A DNA stretch of 32,000 nucleotides, taken from Candidatus Saccharimonadota bacterium. Its GTDB lineage: Bacteria > Bacteroidota > Bacteroidia > Cytophagales > Amoebophilaceae. The stretch spans positions 210,001 through 242,000 of the forward strand of contig NZ_OW441264.1 in NCBI RefSeq assembly GCF_936981045.1. Reading direction: 5' to 3'. Each line of letters starts with the position of its first letter. Position 1 is the first letter of the stretch. The notes beneath the pieces were generated by a model. That model worked only from the letters and a program-made list of their open reading frames with translations. It was not told the DNA's origin and made no database searches. This document shows positions 18,676 through 28,913 of the stretch, one piece after another. The position numbers were made by a program, and so were the translations under genes.

Positions 18676-19701
18676 ATGATGGATAGCATTGCCCAATTAC
18701 TGGAAAAAATTGAAGGTACGATTATTAAGGATAAAGCAACATTAGAAAGCTTTCGGCGCGATTTTATCAGTAAAAAGGGGCACATTGCGCGCCTATTTGA
18801 AGCCTTCAAGCAGTTCTCTATTGCAGAAAAAAAAGCAATAGGTCCAGCGCTAAATAGTTTAAAAAATCAAGCACAAAAGAAGTTTAAAAATGCGGCAAGC
18901 GTACTAGAATCAGACGCGGTGCCATCTACAGCGCAACCAGTAGTAGATGTAACCCTTCCTGCTTTTGGTCCGATTATAGGTAGCCTACATCCCTTAACCA
19001 TTGTGCAAAACAGGATTATCTCCATATTTCAGCGTATGGGCTTTAATCTTGTAGAGGGGCCAGAAATTGTAGGAGACTGGCATAACTTTAGTGCATTAAA
19101 TTTCCCTGAAAACCATCCTGCACGTGATATGCAGGATACATTCTTCCTGCAGCGCAATCCAGATCAGTTGTTGCGCACACACACCACTTCTGTACAGATT
19201 TCAACATGTGTGGCTCAAAGCCCTCCTATTCGATCTATTGCTGTGGGACGTGTTTTTAGAAATGAGGCGATCTCTGCACGATCGCATTGTTTTTTTCACC
19301 AAGTGGATGGAATGTATATTCACACAGATGTTACCTTTAGTGACCTAAAGGGTACGATCTATCATTTTGTCGAGTCCATGTTTGGTCAAGCCACTAAGCT
19401 GCGTTTTAGAGCTTCTTATTTCCCTTTTACAGAGCCAAGTGCAGAGGTAGATATGAATTGTAGGTTGTGTCAAGGAAAGGGATGTACGGTTTGCAAGCAC
19501 TCAGGCTGGGTGGAGATATTGGGTGCAGGTATGATTGATCCTAATGTCTTAACCAATTGCCATATCGATCCTGAACAATACAGTGGCTTCGCTTTTGGAA
19601 TGGGCATAGAACGTATAGCGATGTTACGCTATCAAATTGATGACCTACGGTTGTTTTCGGAAAATCATCTTGCTTTTTTACGCCAATTTACAGCTTGTTA
19701 G
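18676..19701 (+). CDS. pheS: Phenylalanine--tRNA ligase alpha subunit
   Basis: The ORF runs from 18643, but the ATG at 18676 lies just past the upstream stop. Class II motifs are present: HPLT.., FPENHPARDMQDTFF, LLRTHTTSVQ, GRVFRNEAISARSHCFFHQVDG, FPFTEPSAEVD, GAGMIDPNVL, GFAFGMGIERIAMLRY. Confidence 0.96.
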   Translation: MMDSIAQLLEKIEGTIIKDKATLESFRRDFISKKGHIARLFEAFKQFSIAEKKAIGPALNSLKNQAQKKFKNAASVLESDAVPSTAQPVVDVTLPAFGPIIGSLHPLTIVQNRIISIFQRMGFNLVEGPEIVGDWHNFSALNFPENHPARDMQDTFFLQRNPDQLLRTHTTSVQISTCVAQSPPIRSIAVGRVFRNEAISARSHCFFHQVDGMYIHTDVTFSDLKGTIYHFVESMFGQATKLRFRASYFPFTEPSAEVDMNCRLCQGKGCTVCKHSGWVEILGAGMIDPNVLTNCHIDPEQYSGFAFGMGIERIAMLRYQIDDLRLFSENHLAFLRQFTAC

Positions 19702-19715
19702 GGGTTTCAAGGAGA

Positions 19716-19796
19716 TGTAAAATTTACTTTTTGCTTGATCAAAAAGTGTGCAAAAAGTCAAGCCCTGTGTAAAAATTTGTTGCAAGCACTCCTTAC
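19716..19796 (+). repeat. Intergenic hairpin repeat R1, copy B (short form)
   Basis: ACTTTTTGCTTGATCAAAAAGT-GTGCAAAAAGTCAAGCCCTG.., starting 15 nt after the pheS stop. It shares the first ~60 nt of R1 and then abuts the TATACTGGACT inverted repeat. Confidence 0.8.
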
Positions 19797-20322
19797 TATA
19801 CTGGACTGAAAAAATCGGACAAAAATATTTTAATTTATTTTCCGTATCGTTTAGTTTTAGAGTCATACAATAAATTAATCAGATGGGTAGAAATAAGATT
19901 AGGCATTTTAGTTCGGAATAAAAAATTAAGAACGTGAGTTCGGGATTTATTTGACTGATTTACAACAATTTAATATCAATTATTTAGTTAATATTTGCAC
20001 CTATTTAACAAGTTTTTATATCTAATTTTATAAATATAATATATATAATAAACTGATTATAAGAATTATTTGTTATTCAACTACCTATTTAACTGTCTAT
20101 AAAACAAATTTTATAAATTTTTATTAATATTGATTATCAAATGAAAAAATAATCTAATCCCGGACTCACGTTAAATACAATTACCAAAGGTTTCATTCTA
20201 GTATTAACTATCAAAAACCTATGAACGTCTATCTTAACCATGTAAAATTGGTAGATTAGCAAATGGGAAAAAATAGAAAATAAAATTAAGAAAAAAATGT
20301 CCGAATAAATTAGTCCAGTATA
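19797..20322. repeat. 526-bp AT-rich non-coding element bounded by 25-nt imperfect inverted repeats
   Basis: The left end TATACTGGACTGAAAAAATCGGACA (19797-19821) matches the reverse complement of the right end, TATACTGGACTAATTTATTCGGACA (20298-20322). A third solitary copy of the motif lies at 16859-16883, next to R1 copy A. Confidence 0.65.
19931..20172 (+). mobile_element. MITE (242 bp, non-coding) with IS982-type terminal inverted repeats
   Basis: The 17-nt TIRs AACGTGAGTTCGGGATT (19931-19947) and AATCCCGGACTCACGTT (20156-20172) are complementary at 16 of 17 positions. The left TIR matches the left end of the IS982-like element at 31396-31412 (AACTTGAGTTCGGGATT) at 16 of 17. The interior is AT-rich with no ORF. 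Confidence 0.8.
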
Positions 20323-20426
20323 GTTGAATTTAAGCGCTTTTTTAAGTTAAAGGATAGCGAATAAATCAGAAAAGTTACAGCTCATACTGCCATACAAATT
20401 TCTCTACTATTAACCATCTAATTATA

Positions 20427-21857
20427 CTATACATGATCCTTTTGCAAAGAAAGATCACTTAGTGGATCATCTAACCGATAGCGTACCCACTCTTTCTCTG
20501 GATCTATAGTCTCTAGTGGTACTTTTTTTCTTAGGTAAGTAGGTATTTCTAATTGTTCTTTTAAGTAGCGATCGTCCCAGCTTCTGGGTGGACTACCAGG
20601 TTTGGCATGCGTAATGACTGCATGGCCATATGGACAACTTTTTTCCAATTCCATTTCTTGAGGCAAACCAAAAGGTAAGGGCAATTGTACAGCAGATTCT
20701 TCCGCTTCACTAGACTCCTTTGTTCTTTTTTTGGGTGATTTTAATGCTATCTCAACCTCTGTTTTTTCCGTTGATGCTTGCAAGATCTGCTGATTGGGCG
20801 TTGGATGAGGCAACGTTTCACTACCAAAGTTAATGACATGCGGTTTTGGATGATCAAAAGCATCTTGATTCTCTGCTCCTTCTTCTCTATTAAACCCAGT
20901 CGCAATAACCGTCACCCTAATGCTTTCTGACATTTCTGGATCAGAACCATGGCCAAAAATCATTTCAGCATCATTTCCGGTTTGTTCCTGTATATAATTA
21001 GTAATAATGGTTAATTCATCCATTTGTAACTCAGCTGTTTGACCGGAAACAATAGACAAGAGTATCTTTTTAGCACCACGAATATCTGTATAGTCCAATA
21101 AAGGAGAAGCAAGTGCTGTTTCAGCAGCCTGTAATGCCCTGCCTTCACCCTCTGCTTCACCAGAACCCATAACCGCTGCCCCAGCATTTTTCATTACCGT
21201 CTTAACATCTTCAAAATCCACATTTACATAACCAGGTACCGTAATAATCTCGGCAATGCTTTTAGCAGCAGTGGTTAATACATTGTCTGCTTCTTGAAAA
21301 GCTTCACTGATAGAAAGCCCCCCTAATATGGATTGGATTTTATCATTTAAAATGATAAGCACTGTATCACAATGTTTCCGCAATTCATTAATGCCCTCCT
21401 GGGCCTGCAAATACTTTTTTTTACCCTCAAATGAAAAGGGGAGGGTGACAATACCAACGGTCAGAATACCCTGTTTACGCGCAATACTAGCAATTATAGG
21501 GGCAGCACCTGTACCGGTTCCACCACCCATACCAGCCGTAACAAAAAGCATCTTTGTATCATCGTCCAATAATTCTCGAATGCTTTCTTTGCTTTCTAAT
21601 GCAGCATTACGCCCCACTTCTGGATTGGCACCAGCACCTAGCCCACTTGTAAGGGCTGCGCCAATTTGAAGTTTAATGGGTATAGGGCTACTTTGTAACG
21701 CTTGAACATCTGTATTGCAAACAATAAAGGAAACATCTTTAATGCCACGTTTATACATGTTATTTACTGCATTGCTGCCACCACCGCCTACCCCTATCAC
21801 TCTGATAATAGATTTATGGCGAGAGGGTAGCTCAAACTTATAGGTAATATCCTTCAT
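20427..21857 (-). CDS. ftsZ: Cell division protein FtsZ
   Basis: 476 aa with IRVIGVGGGGSNAVNNM, the tubulin signature GGGTGTGAAP and NVDFEDVKTVM. A C-terminal EIPTYLRKK peptide is followed by a 31-aa tail. Confidence 0.97.
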   Translation of the reverse strand: MKDITYKFELPSRHKSIIRVIGVGGGGSNAVNNMYKRGIKDVSFIVCNTDVQALQSSPIPIKLQIGAALTSGLGAGANPEVGRNAALESKESIRELLDDDTKMLFVTAGMGGGTGTGAAPIIASIARKQGILTVGIVTLPFSFEGKKKYLQAQEGINELRKHCDTVLIILNDKIQSILGGLSISEAFQEADNVLTTAAKSIAEIITVPGYVNVDFEDVKTVMKNAGAAVMGSGEAEGEGRALQAAETALASPLLDYTDIRGAKKILLSIVSGQTAELQMDELTIITNYIQEQTGNDAEMIFGHGSDPEMSESIRVTVIATGFNREEGAENQDAFDHPKPHVINFGSETLPHPTPNQQILQASTEKTEVEIALKSPKKRTKESSEAEESAVQLPLPFGLPQEMELEKSCPYGHAVITHAKPGSPPRSWDDRYLKEQLEIPTYLRKKVPLETIDPEKEWVRYRLDDPLSDLSLQKDHV

Positions 21858-21925
21858 AACTTACACAATGCGGTACTTTGTACGAAAAATACCTATATTT
21901 AAGTAGTATGGTAATGTTTTGGCCA

Positions 21926-23230
21926 CTAGTTATCATCATAATCATCTATTAAAAAAGCTTTCGTTTTGGTAATCATACGTGCAAAAGAAAAACTGCTTTT
22001 TTTTGCTTTTTTAATATGTTTTTTCGTAAAATTCAAGTCAACAGATTGGGCGGTTCTATAATAGGCTTCTCTATAATCCAACGTTTTAAATCCAGCTAAA
22101 GTTAGTCCAACAGCGGTTGCATAGCTATGATCGTGCAGTTGCTTGCTACTGCCCTCTTCTAAATACTCATCTGGAAAGCCCAAACGGGTATCCAATCCAG
22201 TGATCTGCTGAAACATGGATGGCATACCTGCTAAATTAGCACTTCCACCTGTTAGGACCATACCAGCGACTAGTTTTTCATAAAAACCAGAACGTAAAAT
22301 TTCTTCATGGATAAAGGTTACTATTTCTTCTACACGTGCTTGTATAATTTTAGTCAAATTGCTGGTCACTACTTCCTTGGGCGTACGACTACGAAACCCT
22401 GGAATGGTTACTACCGCTTGAGTAGCCAAAGCACTAGGTTCAATGCTACCAAATTTTACTTTTAATAACTCTGCTTGCCGTTCCATAACCATACAACTTT
22501 GTTGTATATCTGAAGTAATCATATGCCCTCCAAGTGGAATGGTAGCGGTATAGCGAATAAGGGCATCATAAAACACCACCAAGTTAATAATGCTACCACC
22601 AAAATCGACCAAACAAACACCTGCTTTTTTTTCTTCATCGCTCAATATGGCCAAACTGGCCGCTAAGGCAGAAGCCATAACCATTTCTGCTTCTACACCA
22701 GCTTTTTTAACACACTTATGTATATTTTGAATGGCATGCGTTTTAGCAGTAACGATATGAAAATTTGCCTCCAATTTCACGCCTGACATGCCTACTGGAT
22801 CTTGGGTTACAATTTCATAATCTATGGTATACTCCTGCGGCATGGCATGAACAATTTCTGTACCCAGAGGGGGTACAATGCGATACATATCACTAGTAAG
22901 TTTTTTGATATCTTCCACCGTAATCTCTTCCTCTAGCCTATCCCTAGTAATGCTACCATGGTGGCAAGCACCTGCTACATGCCTTCCAGCAATATTTACA
23001 TTTACAATATTGATGTTTATGCCAGAATCTTCTTCAGCAGCTTGTAGTGCTTGCTTGATGGCAATAGCCGTTTTATCAATGTTAACAATCATACCGCGTA
23101 CAACGCCATCTGCAACAGCACTGCCCATACCTAACACCTCAAGTTTATTGACATCATACTGACTTTGTGCCCCTATAACTACACGAATTTTACTGGTGCC
23201 TATGTCAAGACCAGCGATAATTTCTGACAT
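21926..23230 (-). CDS. ftsA: Cell division protein FtsA
   Basis: 434 aa with an actin-like ATPase fold (AGLDIGTSKIRVVIG, VCLVDFGGSIINLVVF, VLTGGSANLAGM). It lies immediately upstream of ftsZ. Confidence 0.95.
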   Translation of the reverse strand: MSEIIAGLDIGTSKIRVVIGAQSQYDVNKLEVLGMGSAVADGVVRGMIVNIDKTAIAIKQALQAAEEDSGININIVNVNIAGRHVAGACHHGSITRDRLEEEITVEDIKKLTSDMYRIVPPLGTEIVHAMPQEYTIDYEIVTQDPVGMSGVKLEANFHIVTAKTHAIQNIHKCVKKAGVEAEMVMASALAASLAILSDEEKKAGVCLVDFGGSIINLVVFYDALIRYTATIPLGGHMITSDIQQSCMVMERQAELLKVKFGSIEPSALATQAVVTIPGFRSRTPKEVVTSNLTKIIQARVEEIVTFIHEEILRSGFYEKLVAGMVLTGGSANLAGMPSMFQQITGLDTRLGFPDEYLEEGSSKQLHDHSYATAVGLTLAGFKTLDYREAYYRTAQSVDLNFTKKHIKKAKKSSFSFARMITKTKAFLIDDYDDN

Positions 23231-23530
23231 GCCTAAAAGGGATACATGGTGATAACACTACGCTATACAGAACAGGTGCATCAATCCAACTTTATACTCA
23301 ACTCATCCTACACTAATGCCCGGTAAAAAATGGCTGATGCTAGGTATACCAATTTATTAAAATTTATCCAAAATAAACTGAGATGATTGGATTTACTCTG
23401 GATTGTAAAAACCTTGCAGCCGCTAAAAGTTTAGCAAAGGTTCTCTACCTATCAGATAATGGCGTCAACGTAAGGATGCGCTCCCTCATCAGATGCAAGT
23501 TATAAAAACTTTATATACTATTTTTAGCTT

Positions 23531-23610
23531 AATCAAAGGCACATATATGCTACTGCTTACTTGACCAAAAAGTATGCAAGAAGTCAAGCTCTAATGGAAA
23601 AAAAGGCACA
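23531..23610 (+). repeat. Intergenic hairpin repeat R1, copy D (degenerate; 5' arm of the hairpin lost)
   Basis: ..CACATATATGCTACTGCTTACTTGACCAAAAAGTATGCAAGAAGTCAAGCTCTAATGGAAAAAAAGGCACAC aligns with the R1 core ..CATATA..TTGATCAAAAAGTATGCAAAAAATCAAGCCCTG.. Confidence 0.6.
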
Positions 23611-23624
23611 CTTTTAAGCAACGA

Positions 23625-25010
23625 TCAAAGCAACTGCTCCACTGCACGATATTCTGGGGAAAAACTAATCACAAATTCTGACTTAGCCTTTTGAATCCAT
23701 GCATCAACGGCCTTTTTCTTTTTCTGCTGTAGTAAATCATAGTGGATCCTTTCATAATCCTGCGCGAGATTCATTGGATGAGCCGCTACCTTTTGCTTGA
23801 GATAGAGCAAGCGCCAAGCTGATCTATATGGTCTACCCATATACTGGGGCGCACTAACTGTGCCTGCCTCAAGCCCATCAATTGCAAAATAGACCTCTGG
23901 GTCCAAGTCTTCAACAGAGACTAGGCGGCCAGGTAACAAGTCTCCCCCTTGATGATTGGTCGTAATCAATCCTCCCTGAGCAACTGTTTCCTTGTCTTCT
24001 GAATATTGCTGTACAGCTGCTTTAAAGGTCAATGTGCCAGCAACTATTTTATTTTTAATTGCCTTCAATTCACGCTCCGTTAACCTAATCTCTTCTTCTG
24101 TTGGCTCAACAACCTTTAGGATATGGCGCGTATTATACTGGTCCTTATTACGCCCTATTCGCTCTATAAGGTGAAACCCAAATTCAGAGGCTATAGGATC
24201 ACTTATCTCACCAGGCTTAAGCGAAAGAGTAGCCGATTCATAAGCGTGCGCCAATGCGCCCAAAGGTACCCAACCGATTTCCCCGCCTTTAGAGGCAGAA
24301 TGGAGATCATCGGAATGTTGCTTAGCTAAGTCAGAAAAGGTAACCACACCATCTAGCAGCAATTGCTTTAGCTGCAAAAGTTTACTTTTAACTGCTTCTT
24401 GTCTTGCTGCACTTGCCTTAGGATAAATAATCAGTTGATGTACCTCAACAGAGGCAGGATAGTAGGGACGACTATGTGGCAGTAATGCATTAAAATAAGC
24501 TTTTACCTCTGCTGGCCGCACCACTATATGTTGTGTAAGGTGCTGGTAGACGCATGAAGCCAAATATTCTGCCTTGAGCCTCTTCTTTATACCTTTCTTA
24601 ATATGATAAATAGATTGATGGGCAGCCTGAACAAGCTTTTCTTCAGAACCGTACTGCCGTATCAAACTGGCTATTCTAAAATCACACGCTCTTTGAATAC
24701 GCGCTTTGGGAATTTTAACATCATCTAATAGAGCAGCCTTTGCCAAGAAAATTTTATTTAAAACCAACTCTCGCAATAGGTCCATCTCGACAGACTTATC
24801 TGCTTCCTTACCTTCCAAAGTCACTTGCTTGCACGCTTCTTCTAAATCAGAATGCAAAATCAGCTCTTGATTTACCGTAACAATGACTTTATCTAATAAC
24901 AGTGTATCACTGGCTCTAGTTACAGGCAACCAAGCGTAAGTAAGTAAAACAAGAAAAGGAATAACGCTTCTAATCCATCTGGATAATACAAGTACGATTT
25001 TTTTTAGCAT
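23625..25010 (-). CDS. surA: Periplasmic chaperone/peptidyl-prolyl isomerase, SurA-like (two parvulin domains)
   Basis: 461 aa with a signal peptide. Two PpiC/parvulin-type segments are present (FSDLAKQHSDD..SKGGEIGWVPLG..EFGFHLIERI and FKAAVQQYSEDKETVAQGGLI..). The N-terminal region is SurA-like and helical. Confidence 0.8.
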   Translation of the reverse strand: MLKKIVLVLSRWIRSVIPFLVLLTYAWLPVTRASDTLLLDKVIVTVNQELILHSDLEEACKQVTLEGKEADKSVEMDLLRELVLNKIFLAKAALLDDVKIPKARIQRACDFRIASLIRQYGSEEKLVQAAHQSIYHIKKGIKKRLKAEYLASCVYQHLTQHIVVRPAEVKAYFNALLPHSRPYYPASVEVHQLIIYPKASAARQEAVKSKLLQLKQLLLDGVVTFSDLAKQHSDDLHSASKGGEIGWVPLGALAHAYESATLSLKPGEISDPIASEFGFHLIERIGRNKDQYNTRHILKVVEPTEEEIRLTERELKAIKNKIVAGTLTFKAAVQQYSEDKETVAQGGLITTNHQGGDLLPGRLVSVEDLDPEVYFAIDGLEAGTVSAPQYMGRPYRSAWRLLYLKQKVAAHPMNLAQDYERIHYDLLQQKKKKAVDAWIQKAKSEFVISFSPEYRAVEQLL

Positions 25011-25860
25011 CTTCTAAGAGTTTACATTTTATTTTGTTAATCAGATCTAATTTCCTTTTATGGAGTATAATGGCTCTAATCCGATCTTCCACTGCTTTTA
25101 ATGGAGCAATGTCTTGTGCTAATTTATACTGATTTATCTTTAAAAAATAGATATGTTTTTGACCTGCTACATGGATAAATTTATTGGTTTTTAACAATCT
25201 AGTTGCATCCCCAGGGGGATGGTAACCGATTTTAGCCAAAACAGCTTCCCAAGGAAACCATTGATTCGTTTCTAATATAGTAGTACGGGCATAAGGCTTA
25301 CAGCATGCTTGTAATTTTTTTCGATCCGAAGCTTTGTTTGATAACATGAGCGACTTTACCGCATTAATACAAACCGCTTTTTTAGGAATCGCCAAAAAAA
25401 TACCTCTTACAATATCATGATGGAGTATAAAGTCCCTCTGCTTATACTTTTGGTAATAATCTGCTATTTCTTTTGATGATACATTGGCGTCAAACTCAGA
25501 TTCAATAAGGGTTTCTAAAAAATGGTATGCCAACAGGTCATGCTTATAGTCGTTGAACCTATCTTCCATAGAAAGCGGAATAGCTTGATGGTTGGCCTGG
25601 GCAATCAGGAGTTGTTTACACGCCCATTCCTCTACATATTTTTTAATAAAAAAATCCGCATCTGCAGCATCAATGTGAGAAAGATCTATTGACGAAATGT
25701 CTGACGGATATAAATATTGCTTACCTACACAAGCAATAAAAGACTCCTTTTGCGCATCTTGTGTACTTGTTTTAGCACTACAACTGCGCACCAGGCAGTA
25801 AACAAGGAGCAACAGCAAGAAGCTACAAACAAAAAGCCTACTCAAACGAGATATCCTCAA
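24970..25860 (-). CDS. Secreted SurA/parvulin-like chaperone paralogue (degenerate PPIase domain)
   Basis: 296 aa with a hydrophobic N-terminal signal (LFVCSFLLLLLVYCLVRSCSA). The helical N-terminal half resembles SurA_N. The C-terminal part ..VRGIFLAIPKK..WFPWEAVLAKIGYHPPGDATRLL..KHIYFLKINQYK has parvulin-like spacing but lacks the usual GG.LG motif. Its 3' end overlaps the surA start by 41 nt. Confidence 0.5.
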   Translation of the reverse strand: MRISRLSRLFVCSFLLLLLVYCLVRSCSAKTSTQDAQKESFIACVGKQYLYPSDISSIDLSHIDAADADFFIKKYVEEWACKQLLIAQANHQAIPLSMEDRFNDYKHDLLAYHFLETLIESEFDANVSSKEIADYYQKYKQRDFILHHDIVRGIFLAIPKKAVCINAVKSLMLSNKASDRKKLQACCKPYARTTILETNQWFPWEAVLAKIGYHPPGDATRLLKTNKFIHVAGQKHIYFLKINQYKLAQDIAPLKAVEDRIRAIILHKRKLDLINKIKCKLLEDAKKNRTCIIQMD

Positions 25861-25967
25861 AATGAATCTATAAAAAATGATACTACAGTGAGATACTGGT
25901 CACTAAAAGTCACAGCAACCAGTATTTACCCATTCCTTATACTATAAAGCAATAAGAAAGAAGTGAT

Positions 25968-26618
25968 TTATTTATTCTTAACAGACTTCTTAGTTGGAGC
26001 TGCTTTAGCAGGAAACGGAGCTTTCGAACCTACTAGAGGCGGTTGCACCTCTTTAGGCGCCATTGCTTTAAGTTTTTCCAATACAAGCTCAGAAAGATCC
26101 AATGACTTCTGAGCAAAAAGTACTACAGGACCAGCATCTGTGTTTTTGTTCAAAACAAAAGTATAAGCGTGTTTCTCTGCAACCTCTTTAATGACCTCTT
26201 GCATTTTGTCATGGAGGGGCTGCATAACTGCTTTATACTTTTCCGCCATTTGAGCAGGCTTTCGATCCTCAAGCCCCTGAATAACACGCCCCAAGTCTTG
26301 TATTTCTATTATTTTCTGCTTCTTTTGAGCTTCTGTAAGAGTATCTACCTGCTGCTGAAAGGCTTCAGTTTTTACTTGATATTCATCAAACTTTGTTTTA
26401 ATCTGATTATTCAGCTGCTTTTCAAAGCTCTGTATTTCAGTACTATTTTTTTTAGCTTCTGGTAGATTGTCTAAAATATAACCAACATCCACATACCCAA
26501 TCTTTAAACTAGATGGTGTTACTTGAGGCTTCTCCATAGCCTTAGGCGAATGATTCGCTTTTACACCAGTATACATGCAGATAACAAGTGCCAATGTAGA
26601 TAAAAATCTATAATTCAT
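25968..26618 (-). CDS. skp: OmpH/Skp-family periplasmic chaperone
   Basis: 216 aa with a signal peptide followed by IGYVDVGYILDNLPEAKK. A long coiled-coil region follows (..LNNQIKTKFDEYQVKTEAFQQQVDTLTEAQKKQK..), then YTFVLNKN, typical of OmpH. Confidence 0.85.
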   Translation of the reverse strand: MNYRFLSTLALVICMYTGVKANHSPKAMEKPQVTPSSLKIGYVDVGYILDNLPEAKKNSTEIQSFEKQLNNQIKTKFDEYQVKTEAFQQQVDTLTEAQKKQKIIEIQDLGRVIQGLEDRKPAQMAEKYKAVMQPLHDKMQEVIKEVAEKHAYTFVLNKNTDAGPVVLFAQKSLDLSELVLEKLKAMAPKEVQPPLVGSKAPFPAKAAPTKKSVKNK

Positions 26619-26995
26619 TACAGTACAGTTTTAACTTTTAATTTATATCAATACAAAAGGAATATCGAATAGGGAACACGCCATACTTACTATCGCCTAC
26701 CCACCCCTACCAACAAACAGCCTAATGATTACATAGTTACATATAAATAGGATAAAGATCAAGTGGACAAGCGAACAAAAAAAGCAGTGCTCTAATCAAG
26801 CTATGATCCAAATGCACTATACTACCCCGCTAATGGCTTACTACTTGAATGATGCTCCCCACTTCAATCAGGTGCTTATTTACTTGGTAAATTTAAATAA
26901 AAAAAGAGATTTTTTAAAAGCTAGCTATGAGATACGCAACCCTTTTAAATCTATTCATCCAGATTCCTTAACGCTTCCCACCAAACCAAATGGCA

Positions 26996-28519
<1,524 letters not shown>

Positions 28520-28913
28520 TCAAAAAATTAAAGACATTATAAATAGATCTTTTACCTATTGGTTCTACTACATCTTCAAAAAACGACCCTACAGAAAAAG
28601 AAATAGGAAGATGCAAATCTACGCAGAAGTTTGGTAAACATACCAATACTGCTAAGCAACTAGATCATCGTATGCCATACTACTAAAGACTACAAAACAA
28701 CCCACCCCAACAGCTGTTTGTCAATTCTTTCAACTACTTTCCACGGTTCTTAACCACTTCAATGTATTTCAGTACAGCATCTAAATCGGTCCTTAAATTT
28801 ATAAAAAAGGATTGGATTTGCTACTGTAATGTGGGCTAGCTTTAAGATAGGCAGACTGATATTTTCCTTAAGCCCTCACTACCAACTGAACAAATACCTA
28901 TACCACACTTACA

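Noticed and set aside
21328-21669. 113-aa ORF antisense to ftsZ with a proline-rich stretch (GAAPVPVPPPIPAV)
   Set aside because: It is the mirror image of the GGGTGTGAAP tubulin-signature region of ftsZ, an artefact of reverse-complement translation.
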